Assembly (NCBI GenBank): GCA_904501985.1
Contig: CAJGCT010000003.1
Location: 4,809 to 68,808 of the forward strand
Origin: an uncultured Clostridia bacterium
GTDB lineage: Bacteria; Bacillota; Clostridia; Oscillospirales; CAG-272
Direction of reading: 5' to 3'
Length of the DNA stretch: 64,000 nt
The position numbers and the translations under genes are program-made. The notes beneath the pieces were generated by a model. The model made no database searches. It had not been told where the DNA came from and saw only the letters and a program-made list of their open reading frames with translations. Each line of letters opens with the position of its first letter. Position 1 is the stretch's first letter. Shown here one piece after another: positions 62,854 through 64,000 of the stretch.

Positions 62854-64000
62854 AATGAAGAAATACATAATAGCTATGGTATGCGCCGCCTTTGCGGCTG
62901 TGATGCTGTGTGTCGGCGTTGGCGCAGACACGGTGGCATCCGGTGAGTGTGGCGCAGACGGCGACAATCTGACATGGGTGCTTGATGATGCCGGCACGCT
63001 CACCATTAGCGGTGAGGGGGAGATGGAGGAATGGTCGTTGTCTTCTAAGGTGCCGTGGAACAGTTATAGAAGCGAAATTAAAACAGCTATTATCGGGAAT
63101 AGCATAACTAATATCAGCAGGAGTGCATTCGAAGATTGCAGTAGCTTGACACATGTGATAATTGGCAACAGTGTGACAAACATTGGTAGATGGGCGTTCG
63201 ATGACTGCACTAGTTTAACAAACGTATACATTACAGACCTTGAAGTGTGGTGCAATATTGAATATGCAAATTCATCTTCGCATCCGTTGAACTCTAACGG
63301 CGGCAATCTGTACGTTGACGGTGTTCTTGCGACTGATATAGTTATTCCCGACAGTGTGGTGGCTATCGGTGAATATGCATTTTACAAGTGTAGAAGATTG
63401 TCGAGCGTAACTATATCCGACGGTGTAATGAGTATTGGTGCTGCTACATTCTATGAATGTAGTGGTTTGATAAGTGTGATTATTCCAGACAGTGTTACAA
63501 TTATTGGCGATTATGCATTCTATGAATGTAGCAGTTTGGCTAATGTGACTATACCTGATGGCGTAACGAGCGTTGGCAAATTTACATTTGCTGGATGTAG
63601 TAACATGACAAGTGTGACTATGCCTGACGGAACAACGAACATTGGCGAATACGCATTTGCCAATTGCCGAAGTCTAACTAGTGTGAATGTACCCGGTAGC
63701 GTTACGAGTATTGGCAGTAGTGCGTTTTTTAGGTGCTACAAGTTGTCGAGCATTACGATTAGTAGGGGCATAATTAGCATTGGTGACGATTCATTCTCTG
63801 GCTGTGTGTCGTTTAAAAAGGCTGTGGTCTACTCTCCTACAGTGGTTTGGGGGACGGATGTGTTCTCTACCACTCATGCGGACTTCACGATCCACGGCTA
63901 CGTCGGATCAACGGCGCAAACCTATGCCGAGACAAACTCACATCCGTTTAAAGCACTTGTCGAAGATAGCGGCATACACGGCGACGCCACAGGTGACGGC
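62854..64000 (+). CDS. BspA-type leucine-rich-repeat surface protein, partial (runs off the window end); probable dockerin beginning at the edge
   Basis: Absent from the track because the frame is open-ended. Hand translation gives signal peptide MKKYIIAMVCAAFAAVMLCVGVGA, then repeated IPDSVTxIGxxAFxxCSSLTSVTI units of about 23 aa, then ...EDSGIHGDATGDG at 63962-64000. Confidence 0.8.

Noticed and set aside
63000-63850. A periodic repeat pattern of about 69 nt that could be mistaken for a repeat array or CRISPR.
   Set aside because: The period is 23 codons, and the units translate in frame to BspA-type leucine-rich repeats. There are no conserved direct repeats with unique spacers.

Overview
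This window looks like a chromosomal segment of a spore-forming, anaerobic Firmicute of the Clostridia / Ruminococcus-Oscillospiraceae type. The clues are spoIVA, a SCIFF peptide with its radical-SAM maturase, an SLH S-layer protein, anaerobic NrdD, and a BspA-type LRR protein that ends in a dockerin-like GDATGDG. About 80% of the window is ordinary housekeeping. This includes an HtrA-like protease, a D,D-carboxypeptidase, dnaB(DnaD-type)/dnaI, rex, an IDH/IPMDH-family dehydrogenase, tsaD-rimI, comEB, galU, an SbcD/SbcC-like pair, spoIVA, uxuA, hom, an ALDH, a Na/Pi transporter, T-box-controlled thrS, nrdD, a WalRK-like operon, murA and rsmI.

The accessory part lies at about 38.7-47.9 kb, next to tRNA-Gln, and has two components.
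- A tightly packed three-gene operon encodes a TerB_N/TerB_C protein, a DUF2791/BrxD-like P-loop ATPase and an Lhr-like SF2 helicase. This is the Shango-type (SngABC) architecture, whose mechanism is unknown.
- An AT-rich cassette encodes a BcgI-like type IIB restriction-modification enzyme (fused PD-ExK nuclease and gamma-class N6A methylase), a two-TRD S subunit and a small ribbon-helix-helix gene. The cassette is bracketed by inverted copies of the sequence that lies 3' of tRNA-Gln.

Other points of interest:
- An IS200-like/RAYT tyrosine transposase carries two identical GTAG+hairpin (REP-like) motifs inside its own CDS, and similar motifs flank the S-layer gene.
- A fragment of the tRNA-Glu 3' end is duplicated 162 nt downstream of the gene.
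- A 45-aa SCIFF precursor is missing from the ORF track.

No CRISPR array, integrase or prophage was seen. All family calls rest on motifs I recognise by eye. No database search was run, and start codons were chosen from RBS context.
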